From a virus (lineage: Duplodnaviria; Caudoviricetes), in IMG/VR virus record IMGVR_UViG_3300005611_000135, positions 1 through 30,786 of that record: DNA of 30,786 nt. One strand, 5' to 3'. The position numbers and the translations under genes are program-made. A model generated the notes under the pieces. That model had not been told where the DNA came from, made no database searches, and saw nothing but the letters and a program-made list of their open reading frames with translations. Shown here piece after piece: positions 17,560-26,206 of the stretch; position 1 is the stretch's first letter, and each line of letters starts with the position of its first letter.

Positions 17560-20500
17560 TTCGTTCATCTTTTAAGACCTCGGTCGGAGAGGTTATTGTC
17601 GAGATAACTACGGGCGGGAGCCAAATAGATGCGTTTATCAATAAAATTGGCGAGATAAAGTATCAGTTTGACCAAACGCCCGACTCAATAGACATCAACA
17701 AAACTATAGCACTTTATAGTCAAATGTCTGTTGACCTGAACAAGTACAGTCTTGAAAACATAGACGTTTACGATAGGTTAATGAATCCGCCTAACGGGGC
17801 AGAACCTTTGGATGTAGTCGTAGTTGTACGACCTTACGACGACACGGGAATATTTTACAACGAAAAAACTGCTCGATTTAATTTTCAGTTGGAGCAGAAG
17901 AATATAAACTATCGGGAAAAAGACGAACTAATCAACCTTCGTTTTACCCCGAGATTAAAAACAAATGTTACTGTATCGGACGTTGTAGATGGGGGCACAA
18001 ACTATAACTACGCTGTAAGACAGACGACAAGTAGCACGAATACTACGAACCTGAACTGCCTGCCTGTGAAAGATTACATAAGCAGGGCAATGGAAAAGAT
18101 TTTTGACAATGAGGGCGAGAGTAATTGGGAAACTATCATCGACTCAAGTCAAACGGGTCTTGACACAAATAGTTACACAAATAATGTTTTTGAGGACTAC
18201 TCTAATTGGTCGAGCGGTCAACAAGGGTTTGTGATTTGCGGATATAGCGAACTTGTTTTTGAATCACCCGACGCTGACACGGAAACAGTGTTTGGTAATG
18301 GTTTGGTTACGATTGACAGAACTATAACCAACACAAATCTCAACATACCTTTTGACCAAATCGTTAACTATAACGTACAAGCGACAGGTCTTTTGAGTCA
18401 GTTTAATAATGGCGACTCAATATCATTTAATTTACCCGACCAACAACCTTTAACGTTCTATGTGTTTTTTGCTAACTCTACCGCAAACAGCATACAAACA
18501 AGTTACTTTCCTCAATACACGGTTCGACCTACAAATGCCACATTCAGCAATGTGGCGTTCCAAATCACACGAAAAGTGCAACCCTCACTTGTACCCGCGG
18601 TACAAACATTAAAGCAGTTAGCGGGAACTGAGGGAGCCATATTTGGCACGGGGTTTAGCAAAAACTTTTATGTCTATAGGTTGTTTAACAATCTATCTAA
18701 CGTTGTTTCCATAGATTACAGCAACGTAATAGATTTAAGCGAAAAGAAGGATAGTTTTTTTCTTAACAACAGCCTTGTTGGTCAAATAGCAAGCCTCTAC
18801 TATGGCACGGGAAATGGATATAGTGGTTACGGTCAGTTGCTTAACAATAAAAATGCAATTCTACCGAACATACTTGATTACAACAGTATTATTAAAGGCA
18901 ATGCAAACGCAAATAAAAGCCTTAAAATACAGATTCCAACAGCATATCCGTTTCTGAATAAAACAAGGCGTGATGGCGTTGATTTTGAATTTCTTGAAAT
19001 TGTAGAGCCTGACGTTGACCCAACTGAATTTGACAGAAACTTAGAGAAGAGTCTTACCGAAAATGGCATAACAGCATATTTTAATGCCCTTAATCAAATT
19101 GGCGGTGGCACAAAAATAAAGGTAACTCTAATGGGTGCGTTTACTGTGAAACCGTATGAAGTCTTTGAGTTTGGCACAGACGCACCTGAAAAGTACCAAA
19201 ACAGGCAATTCCGCATTACTAACATATCATACAATTTAGTTGATGACATAGCGAAGATTGAAGGCTATCAAATTAACAACCTGCAAAGTGAAGTTGTAGA
19301 ATTACCTGAACCGCCAAACAGCGGTGGGGGTGGTGGCAATGGCGGGGGTGGTGGTAACACTGAACCACCAACAGATACAGGATATGCAATCACTTACAGA
19401 CTAAACGAATGGAACCTGATAGGCAATCCAACTCCAAACGACATTGTGCAGTCTGCAAATGGCTCTTTGGGTTATTTCAGTGATTATCTAAATGGCACGC
19501 TATACAAATTTACAGGTAGTTATGAGGAAACAGATGTTCTCGAGTCAAATACGGGTATTGGATATTGGGCGTTTTTAGGTATTTCAGGTGGCGAAGCAAC
19601 TGCTATTACATATAACGTGTCACCCCTTTCGGAACAAAGCCTTTTTTCAGTTTCTCTTAATGCGGGATGGAATTTAATTACGGGCTATGGTGGTGAAGGT
19701 ATGTCTGAGGTCAGCGGTGCATACCTTAATGGCAGTATATATGCGTTTAATGGCTCCTACGAAGAGATAGACAGGTTATTAGCAGGGCAGGGGTATTGGA
19801 TATATTCATCGAATGGCGGTACAATAAACATAACTCCAACAACCAATGTTAGCAACGTTACTAATTGGAACCTAACGCACAAAAAAATTGAAGTAACAAG
19901 TGGTAACAAATTGCAACAGGTTTATTTCGATAGAGATACGGGCAATACAACCACAAACTACCTTGCGCTTCAATTCCCGCCAATCATAAATGGCATTTTT
20001 GACGCACGTATAAACAATGATGAATTAAATACCGTACTACGCGACAGGCGCGTGATAGACAGCAACACTGTCAACATAGACGTGCAATTTGCAGAAGGTG
20101 GGCGAAGGTCTATTGCGCATTATCCTGTAACAAACACTATAAGTCTAACTACGCAGTATCAATACACGTTTTTTGAGGGTGATAAAATTATCACAGCCTT
20201 AAACGTAACTGAAGGCGACACTATTGATTTACCCGAGTTGACTACTCGTGTGCAAATTAAACCAATGGGCGCCTCATTGCGATTACCCGTTCGTGCAAGT
20301 GATATAGCAAACGATGACTATGTTTTGACCGCTGAATATGACAGAACGGGTACGTCTGTAACTAATGCGAACGTCGAAACACTTATACAAGATTCTTTAT
20401 TTGCTGTATATGACTTAGACGGTGATTACAAGATAGAGGTTGGATATAGAACTAACATCGCCATAACACCGCAGATTTTTCTTGATGACACTGCCCAAGG

Positions 20501-20927
20501 TACGTCGGGAGCAAATTCTGTAACTATTACATACGATGCAATCGGATTAACGACATTGAGTGGTGGTAATTGGTTAGTAAAAAACAGTCAGGTAACTCAC
20601 GATTACTCAACTATAGAAACCACTGTAGCCTTAGCATCTTTTTCTACCAATCAAAATAATTACAATATAGGCGATGGTACATTTTTTACAATCGCGACGT
20701 CCGCAACGCCTTCTGCAGACATAACAGGTATTACAGGTGGCGTTGATGGGCGCATTATTGAACTATTAAACAGGGGTTCTCGTGATATATATTTACGACA
20801 TCGCAACGGTGGCTCTTCAGGCGCTAATCAAATAACGGAGCCACGCGGGAACGATGTCTTATTAACACAGTATTCATCAGTACGATTACGGTATGTTACC
20901 GCAGTAGGTAATTGGGTGGTATGTTAA
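17556..20927 (+). CDS. Large tail tip/hub protein with adhesin-like C-terminal modules
   Basis: 1123 aa; hub-like end (FRITNISYNL), Gly/Pro linker, two WNLI...GYW repeats, fibre-type C-terminal domain (ITGITGGVDGRII). Confidence 0.75.
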   Translation: MIRSSFKTSVGEVIVEITTGGSQIDAFINKIGEIKYQFDQTPDSIDINKTIALYSQMSVDLNKYSLENIDVYDRLMNPPNGAEPLDVVVVVRPYDDTGIFYNEKTARFNFQLEQKNINYREKDELINLRFTPRLKTNVTVSDVVDGGTNYNYAVRQTTSSTNTTNLNCLPVKDYISRAMEKIFDNEGESNWETIIDSSQTGLDTNSYTNNVFEDYSNWSSGQQGFVICGYSELVFESPDADTETVFGNGLVTIDRTITNTNLNIPFDQIVNYNVQATGLLSQFNNGDSISFNLPDQQPLTFYVFFANSTANSIQTSYFPQYTVRPTNATFSNVAFQITRKVQPSLVPAVQTLKQLAGTEGAIFGTGFSKNFYVYRLFNNLSNVVSIDYSNVIDLSEKKDSFFLNNSLVGQIASLYYGTGNGYSGYGQLLNNKNAILPNILDYNSIIKGNANANKSLKIQIPTAYPFLNKTRRDGVDFEFLEIVEPDVDPTEFDRNLEKSLTENGITAYFNALNQIGGGTKIKVTLMGAFTVKPYEVFEFGTDAPEKYQNRQFRITNISYNLVDDIAKIEGYQINNLQSEVVELPEPPNSGGGGGNGGGGGNTEPPTDTGYAITYRLNEWNLIGNPTPNDIVQSANGSLGYFSDYLNGTLYKFTGSYEETDVLESNTGIGYWAFLGISGGEATAITYNVSPLSEQSLFSVSLNAGWNLITGYGGEGMSEVSGAYLNGSIYAFNGSYEEIDRLLAGQGYWIYSSNGGTINITPTTNVSNVTNWNLTHKKIEVTSGNKLQQVYFDRDTGNTTTNYLALQFPPIINGIFDARINNDELNTVLRDRRVIDSNTVNIDVQFAEGGRRSIAHYPVTNTISLTTQYQYTFFEGDKIITALNVTEGDTIDLPELTTRVQIKPMGASLRLPVRASDIANDDYVLTAEYDRTGTSVTNANVETLIQDSLFAVYDLDGDYKIEVGYRTNIAITPQIFLDDTAQGTSGANSVTITYDAIGLTTLSGGNWLVKNSQVTHDYSTIETTVALASFSTNQNNYNIGDGTFFTIATSATPSADITGITGGVDGRIIELLNRGSRDIYLRHRNGGSSGANQITEPRGNDVLLTQYSSVRLRYVTAVGNWVVC

Positions 20928-21361
20928 TGAAAAAGCAAAAACTAAAGGCAGAAAGGCTTTACGTGGACAAAAAAAGCACAAATTATGGATTTGAAAAAGT
21001 TTTTGCGCCCGAAAAACCTCGCTTTTCTATGCGAGTTAGGGCAAGGGCAAGATGGCTCAAGATTTGGTGGAAAGTAAAAAGACCCCTATTTTTAATTGTA
21101 TCAATGACTAAGTACAGGCACTTATTAACTTTATTAAACATAGATATGAAGATTAAATACAATCAAACAAGTACAAAGGCGGGTATTGTTCTATTGACTA
21201 CAATTCTTGCTTTATTAGGAGTCAACGCAGAGCAGGAATTTCTTACGGAAAACATTGAAAAACTTGTAGAGGGGGTTGTTCTTATGGTGGGGTCATTGAC
21301 AGCATTGTATTCCATTCTAAAAGACGACGAGAAAGGTAACGACTCAAACAATGATTCTTGA
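20927..21361 (+). CDS. Putative holin-like membrane protein (alternative start 21146)
   Basis: Two hydrophobic segments after QTSTKAG, charged C-terminus, basic N-terminal extension. Confidence 0.5.
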   Translation: MKKQKLKAERLYVDKKSTNYGFEKVFAPEKPRFSMRVRARARWLKIWWKVKRPLFLIVSMTKYRHLLTLLNIDMKIKYNQTSTKAGIVLLTTILALLGVNAEQEFLTENIEKLVEGVVLMVGSLTALYSILKDDEKGNDSNNDS

Positions 21362-21387
21362 CATTGATTGTCACAAACGCATATATT
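21358..21387 (+). promoter_or_regulatory. Sigma70-like promoter with no downstream ORF
   Basis: TTGACA-18 nt-TATATT. Confidence 0.65.
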
Positions 21388-21392
21388 GAAAC

Positions 21393-21490
21393 AGAATACT
21401 TGTACTTTGTAGGTATTGGTTTTCTATGTGATTGTTTGGTTTTTGTTAGTTGATAAAAAGGGCGGGCGTAAAACCCCGTCCTTTTTTTTT
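21393..21490 (+). ncRNA. Candidate small regulatory RNA (~95 nt)
   Basis: Promoter, 5' hairpin 21395-21417 with G-U pairs, U/G-rich unpaired segment, terminator; complementary to phage gene leaders. Confidence 0.6.
21455..21490 (+). terminator. Intrinsic terminator, probably bidirectional
   Basis: A5-GGGCGGG-loop-CCCGTCC-T9 between convergent operons. Confidence 0.88.
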
Positions 21491-21497
21491 ATGAATA

Positions 21498-21589
21498 TGC
21501 GGGTTCTAACCTAATCGGTGAGATAGTCAGCCCCGCAGAAAGACCCGAGGGGGCTTGAGTCTTTCGATTCGCTCCCTCGGGCATTTTTT
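21498..21589. other. Two GC-rich long hairpins in the convergent intergenic region
   Basis: TGCGGG...CCCGCA (21498-21537) and CCCGAGGGGGC...GCTCCCTCGGG (21544-21581). Confidence 0.6.
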
Positions 21590-21881
21590 ACTGCTCGACG
21601 CTATCTTCTCTCCTAAATTTTGCTTTAATCATCAATTCAGGTTTCCTGCAGTAACTCTGCGGTACTTCCATCTTGAAACTATCAACCCTGTGGTCAATAA
21701 TAACGTTTGGGTCGTCCTTAAACTGCCTATACCACCGACGGGCGGTATAGGGTTCGGTTGTTTCGAGATAGACCGTCTTTGACGAGTGTTCGTACAAAAT
21801 AGAGGTTTCTCGCTCTTCAGAACTGAACGCTCTACCTATGTTGTTCAGTATCTTCTCGATTTGTGCTTTCACCTTTTTCAT
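21588..21881 (-). CDS. Conserved phage hypothetical protein
   Basis: 97 aa, EERETSI.Y motif, ATGA overlap with erf. Confidence 0.7.
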   Translation of the reverse strand: MKKVKAQIEKILNNIGRAFSSEERETSILYEHSSKTVYLETTEPYTARRWYRQFKDDPNVIIDHRVDSFKMEVPQSYCRKPELMIKAKFRREDSVEQ

Positions 21882-22492
21882 TGGCTATCTTCTATGGATT
21901 CTCGGCTAAGGTCTGAAAAATACGCTTGCGCCTGTTTGCTGACTTTGTAGTGAGTGAACAAGTCTTTTACCGTCACTGCGCCTGCTCTTATTTTTTGCTC
22001 TGCATTTGACCAATCTTCGGTGCCCTCATTGAGCCACTTCCGATTGTCATTTTCAGGCTGTTTCTTGTCTCGTGGCTGTGAAGGTTTTGCAGAATCAGAA
22101 ATCATTCTTGCTTCATCAGTATCGGCATCTTTAGCGTCATCAATGAGCCACATTCCGTTGAGCGCATATTTTCTCGCGTAACTTGATGCGGTGCCCGAAA
22201 TCTGCGATTCGTCCATACCTTTCTTTTGGTCTGCCTCTCGTGCCAATGCACTTACCTGAATAGAGTCTGACTCAAAAGAAACAGTTACGGTTGCCTCAAT
22301 ATAATACCTGTTGCCAATTAAACGAACACTATCCGTAATGGTCTGCAACAACCCTTCTTTGTATAGCAAGGGTTTTAGCGCCTCAAGAACATCTTCTTGA
22401 CTACGGTAATTGTATCGACCAAACGAATTGTATTGGTTTTTCGGTGCACGCAATTCGTGCTGTATCTTAATGATTTTTTCTATTAGACTCAT
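21878..22492 (-). CDS. erf: ERF-family single-strand annealing protein
   Basis: APKNQYNSFGRYNYRS.ED and GTASSYARKYALNGMWLIDD.KDAD signature. Confidence 0.93.
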   Translation of the reverse strand: MSLIEKIIKIQHELRAPKNQYNSFGRYNYRSQEDVLEALKPLLYKEGLLQTITDSVRLIGNRYYIEATVTVSFESDSIQVSALAREADQKKGMDESQISGTASSYARKYALNGMWLIDDAKDADTDEARMISDSAKPSQPRDKKQPENDNRKWLNEGTEDWSNAEQKIRAGAVTVKDLFTHYKVSKQAQAYFSDLSRESIEDSQ

Positions 22493-22770
22493 TTTTCACC
22501 TCTCGTTTTGGTTTCGCGGTCTTTCATCATCAGTTTGATTTCGTTGAACTGACGCTCCTGCATACCACATACAGATTCATAAAAATGATAAACCTTTTTA
22601 TGCACCTGCTCTTCAGGTGGCGTTGCCAACATAAGCGATATTGCCGAAGGGCTATACCCCATTGCTATAGCAACTTGTCGTTGTGAAAAGTTTGACACTT
22701 CCATTATTCTTAATGATTGGTCAAACAGTTTTTTGTTGATTTTGGCTACTGTGTTTTTTGCAATCGTCAT
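22489..22770 (-). CDS. XRE/Cro-like HTH protein
   Basis: FSQRQVAIAMGYSPSAISLML; ATG 22770 follows the upstream stop and an A/C-rich leader. Confidence 0.7.
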   Translation of the reverse strand: MTIAKNTVAKINKKLFDQSLRIMEVSNFSQRQVAIAMGYSPSAISLMLATPPEEQVHKKVYHFYESVCGMQERQFNEIKLMMKDRETKTRGEK

Positions 22771-22792
22771 AGGTTTTGTTGTTAGTTTTGGT

Positions 22793-23167
22793 TTATGCTT
22801 TGTATTTGTTTTTGGTGCTAACGCTTTGCATCGCGTACATTTCATACACGTCATCGTAAAAACTCTTCGATTTTGGCACAGCGGTAAAAATATCTACCAT
22901 TGTGGATGGCGCCATCTTGGTTGATGCACTTACTTCGCCATTGCCATTGTTTTTGACAATAAAGATGTACTCAACCATTTCATTAAGAGCCTTCAGTTTC
23001 ATCGCGGTTTCTTTGAACAGTTTGTCAACTATTTCGTTGAAGTCGTTCGCCATAAACTCTACGACGCCATTTGCTTCATCTAAGGGAAGGCTCTTTAGGT
23101 ACTCAATGGCACCTTTTTTATCGTCTGCTTCTGCGTATGCGAGTAACTTTTCTAAGTGCGTTTTCAT
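22793..23167 (-). CDS. Hypothetical protein
   Basis: 124 aa ATG ORF coupled to the upstream gene. Confidence 0.7.
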   Translation of the reverse strand: MKTHLEKLLAYAEADDKKGAIEYLKSLPLDEANGVVEFMANDFNEIVDKLFKETAMKLKALNEMVEYIFIVKNNGNGEVSASTKMAPSTMVDIFTAVPKSKSFYDDVYEMYAMQSVSTKNKYKA

Positions 23168-23592
23168 TTTGTGTTCCTCTCCAATTTAACATAGGATGTG
23201 TATTTTTTTTCCGCCATAGGGATTTCTTCTCCGTATTGGTCGGTTAGTCCGCCTATTTCTGCTGACCGTTTCATCATATCTTGCCTGCCCTTAATAAGAG
23301 CCTTCAATCTATCCACCTCTTCGTCTTTATATGAATACGCCACTTTTGACACGTTCTTCAAAGTATATCCATTGTAAACGAGAGCGTCCTTGCCTGCGTG
23401 TTGAATTTCGTCAAGTACATACTTAGAAATTTGGTCACGCAATTCTTTTGCTAATTTTTCGATTTCGTACAATTCCACGTATGTTGGGAATGCTTCAATA
23501 TCGCCTTGCTCTATGTGGTAAACGGTATTTGCATATTCTTCGCAAACCTCGTCAACCAACATTCCATTTTCAGGGTAAACTTTATCTCTCAT
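23164..23592 (-). CDS. Conserved phage hypothetical protein
   Basis: Helical then beta pattern (YNGYTL...YSYKD...TDQYGEEIP) like Bacteroidota phage early proteins; ATG 23592 chosen. Confidence 0.7.
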   Translation of the reverse strand: MRDKVYPENGMLVDEVCEEYANTVYHIEQGDIEAFPTYVELYEIEKLAKELRDQISKYVLDEIQHAGKDALVYNGYTLKNVSKVAYSYKDEEVDRLKALIKGRQDMMKRSAEIGGLTDQYGEEIPMAEKKYTSYVKLERNTK

Positions 23593-23788
23593 ATCTATCT
23601 CCGTACATATCGTTTTGTCGTTCAGCAAGACGTTCTTGCTCTTCGGTTCTGTATCTGTATTGTACTCTTGGCTCTGATTCCATTCTTAACTCTGCCTCAA
23701 GTTTATCTCTGTATCGCTCTTGCTGACGCTGTAACTCGAAGATTTCTTCTTCTTCTCTTTGTCTGTCTGCGTATTCTTGACTTGTCAT
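23582..23788 (-). CDS. Hypothetical highly charged protein
   Basis: 68 aa E/R-rich, ATGA overlap. Confidence 0.65.
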   Translation of the reverse strand: MTSQEYADRQREEEEIFELQRQQERYRDKLEAELRMESEPRVQYRYRTEEQERLAERQNDMYGDRYER

Positions 23789-24006
23789 AACTTTCTGTTT
23801 TTTGAGATTTCAAATTTTAATTCTGCCAATTCCCTTAACATATTGTCGATTGTTTCTTCGTCCCTGAAGAATATATGCGTTCGACCGTATGATGCCTTGT
23901 CTTTGGCAAACATTAAACCGTGCGTTGTATTGATTGTGCCTTTATCAAGCGAGAAGCGCTCAATAATAGACTCTTTGCCTAAGTGTATATTTAGTGATGT
24001 TTGCAT
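23785..24006 (-). CDS. Hypothetical protein, first gene of the leftward early operon
   Basis: 73 aa, about 45 nt downstream of a strong promoter match. Confidence 0.65.
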   Translation of the reverse strand: MQTSLNIHLGKESIIERFSLDKGTINTTHGLMFAKDKASYGRTHIFFRDEETIDNMLRELAELKFEISKNRKL

Positions 24007-24049
24007 ACTTTGCGATTGTTTTGGTTAATGTTTATCATCATTGTTGATG

Positions 24050-24080
24050 CAAAGATACACACTAATTTTCAAGTTGTCAA
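24050..24080 (-). promoter_or_regulatory. Early leftward promoter
   Basis: Minus strand TTGACA-17 nt-TATCTTTG (also fits the Bacteroidota TAnnTTTG box). Confidence 0.75.
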
Positions 24081-24097
24081 GATAAATTTACACAAAA

Positions 24098-24484
24098 ATG
24101 GAAATATCATTACTAATAGACGGTAAGCCTTGCCACCAAAAACGCCACAGACACGGAAGGGGGCGCACTTATGACCCAAGTAAGCCTGAAAAAAATAATG
24201 TGATAAAAAAAATAAAGAGCCAATACAGGGGCGCCCTGATTGACGTTCCTATAACTTTAATTATTACTGCTTATTATGTCCCACCCAAATCGTACAAGAT
24301 AGACGTCAAGTCGGGTTTGCATTACAAGCAGACTACGCCTGACTGTGACAACATTGCAAAATTTTATATGGACGCGATGAACAAGGTGGTGTATGCCGAT
24401 GATAAACTTGTCGCATCTTTAAGCGTTACAAAAATGTACCACGAGCGCGACCACGTAATTATTTACATATCAACATTAGAGTAG
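24098..24484 (+). CDS. rusA: RusA-family Holliday junction resolvase
   Basis: PDCDNIAKFYMDAMNKVVYADDKLV catalytic motif. Confidence 0.92.
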   Translation: MEISLLIDGKPCHQKRHRHGRGRTYDPSKPEKNNVIKKIKSQYRGALIDVPITLIITAYYVPPKSYKIDVKSGLHYKQTTPDCDNIAKFYMDAMNKVVYADDKLVASLSVTKMYHERDHVIIYISTLE

Positions 24485-24491
24485 ATTTTAC

Positions 24492-24522
24492 TTGCTTTCA
24501 AAAGTAATTGTTCATATCTTTG
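24492..24522 (+). promoter_or_regulatory. Promoter for replication genes
   Basis: TTGCTT-17 nt-TATCTTTG, same -10 box as at 24050. Confidence 0.65.
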
Positions 24523-24548
24523 CAAACCAACCTTATTCCCAACTTGCT

Positions 24549-24580
24549 ATGGCAGGTGTCTTTGATTAGGCGCCTGCCAT
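24549..24580 (+). promoter_or_regulatory. 13-bp leader hairpin upstream of the initiator gene
   Basis: ATGGCAGGTGTCT-TTGATT-AGGCGCCTGCCAT. Confidence 0.6.
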
Positions 24581-24656
24581 TTACCTCATTAAGTAGCGTT
24601 GACTCTTGACCGAGCCTTCGCTCCCTTCATTCAACAGTAACCAAAAAAGCAAAGTG

Positions 24657-25406
24657 ATGAATAAGGACGCATACTATTTCCCGCATTTCTGCAATGCGAG
24701 GTCGGACAGAAAAATTAGGCGAGTAAGAAAAGAGTTGGGCATCGAAGGGTATGCCATATATTTTATGCTGTTAGAGGTTCTTCGGGAGCAAGAAGATTTC
24801 TCATATCCCCTATCTGACATCGACCTTCTTGCAGATGAATTTCAGACTTCAGAACAGAAGATTGATGTGGTTATTAAGAACTACGAACTGTTCGAAATTG
24901 ATGAACATCAAAACTTCTTTTCATATAAGCAAATTGAGTACCTAAAACCGTATTTAGAGCGCTCTAAAAGAGCAAGGACTGCTTCACTAAAGCGTTGGGG
25001 CACAAGCAAAAAACAAAGTAATAATGCAAATGCAATGCAAATGCTAAGCGCAAGCAATGCAAGTAAAGTAAAAGAAAGTAAAGTAAATGATAGTATATAC
25101 AGCGATTCTTTCTTGGAGTTTTGGGAGTCTTACGGAAAGAAAAAGGAAAAGCGTAAATGTGCAATCAAATGGAACAGGCTTAAAGAGTCAGATAAAAATT
25201 TGATATTAGAATTTATCCCGATTTACAAAAACAGCGTTTCGAGCGTACAATATCAAAAAAACCCATATACATTTTTGAATAGCGGTATATGGGAAGATGA
25301 TTGGTCGTCTTATACGCCAAACCAACAATCAGTAAAATCAAAAGGCAATGGACAAACACAACGCTTTATCGAAGTTGGTCAAAGACTCGTTGACAGCGAT
25401 TGGTGA
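24657..25406 (+). CDS. Putative replication initiator (DUF4373/Lin1244-like N-terminal domain)
   Basis: YYFPHFCNARSDRKI...GIEGYAIYFMLLE.L; low-complexity linker; FLEFWESYGKK...KNPYTFLN..WEDD C-terminal domain. Confidence 0.8.
   Translation: MNKDAYYFPHFCNARSDRKIRRVRKELGIEGYAIYFMLLEVLREQEDFSYPLSDIDLLADEFQTSEQKIDVVIKNYELFEIDEHQNFFSYKQIEYLKPYLERSKRARTASLKRWGTSKKQSNNANAMQMLSASNASKVKESKVNDSIYSDSFLEFWESYGKKKEKRKCAIKWNRLKESDKNLILEFIPIYKNSVSSVQYQKNPYTFLNSGIWEDDWSSYTPNQQSVKSKGNGQTQRFIEVGQRLVDSDW
25023..25087 (+). repeat. Iteron-like short repeats, candidate origin
   Basis: AATGC x5 followed by AAGTA repeats within the initiator linker. Confidence 0.55.
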
Positions 25407-25917
25407 GAAGGCATCAGTATCACAGAAAAGCGAGTTAATTAAGCATAAAAATAATTACATTGTTCCTACAAGGGGGCAGGTAAAAATCATATTATCGTAC
25501 CTATACAGCATTGGTGCAACAGACTATCACCTGACTGAAAACGATGAAGCAAACAAGCAAGTGCTGATTCAATGGTACAATGAAATGGTTGTAAAAAACA
25601 CAAGTTTTCCATCTGACATAAACATTGGCTTTGTGTTAGAAGAATTCAAAAGCGCTGTCATACAGGGCTATGCGGATATGAAAGGTTTTAATTTGCGCAG
25701 TCAAGTGCAGGCTTTTAAGCAATGGATTCGTGAGTACAATAACGAACTGTACTCAAAATGGTATTCGCTAAATGCGGATAAAAAACCCAAAGAACTACCA
25801 AGGTTCGCGGGTGCGGAAAAGACCGTCGATAACGTAGATAACCAATTACATACGATATTTGGCGACTCAATTCCTCAAACATTCACTAAATACACAACAA
25901 AAACCAAACAACTATGA
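25348..25917 (+). CDS. Hypothetical protein (helicase-loader position)
   Basis: 189 aa directly after the initiator; no motif recognised. Confidence 0.65.
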   Translation: MDKHNALSKLVKDSLTAIGEKASVSQKSELIKHKNNYIVPTRGQVKIILSYLYSIGATDYHLTENDEANKQVLIQWYNEMVVKNTSFPSDINIGFVLEEFKSAVIQGYADMKGFNLRSQVQAFKQWIREYNNELYSKWYSLNADKKPKELPRFAGAEKTVDNVDNQLHTIFGDSIPQTFTKYTTKTKQL

Positions 25918-26201
25918 GTTACGAAAACAAAGGAATCATCTTTGAAAACAAGTACAAAACTACAGATAGGCACCCTGACTACAAAGGGCGCATCAACTTT
26001 AACGGTGTTGAGTATGATTTAGGCGCTTGGTACGGAACGACCCGTAACGGTGACAAGATGCTGTCACTAAAGGTCGGTGAGGTATATGACCCAAATCGTA
26101 ATGCTCAACCACAAACTACAGTGGTAAGTAGTCAACCCGCGAACAACGGGACAGACTTCATTGAAAAAGCGATGGAAGAAGATGACCAACTGCCATTCTA
26201 A
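25914..26201 (+). CDS. Putative ssDNA-binding protein (DUF736-like)
   Basis: HPDYKGRI...GAW...LSL core, flexible linker and acidic DDQLPF tip. Confidence 0.7.
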   Translation: MSYENKGIIFENKYKTTDRHPDYKGRINFNGVEYDLGAWYGTTRNGDKMLSLKVGEVYDPNRNAQPQTTVVSSQPANNGTDFIEKAMEEDDQLPF

Positions 26202-26206
26202 GTATT

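Noticed and set aside
21498-21589. tRNA or hammerhead ribozyme
   Set aside because: No cloverleaf or TTC loop in proper context, and no CUGANGA core on either strand.
22489-24098. Lambda-type cI/cro lysogeny switch
   Set aside because: Divergent genes are a hypothetical and rusA; the only XRE-like HTH is mid-operon without a peptidase domain; no integrase.
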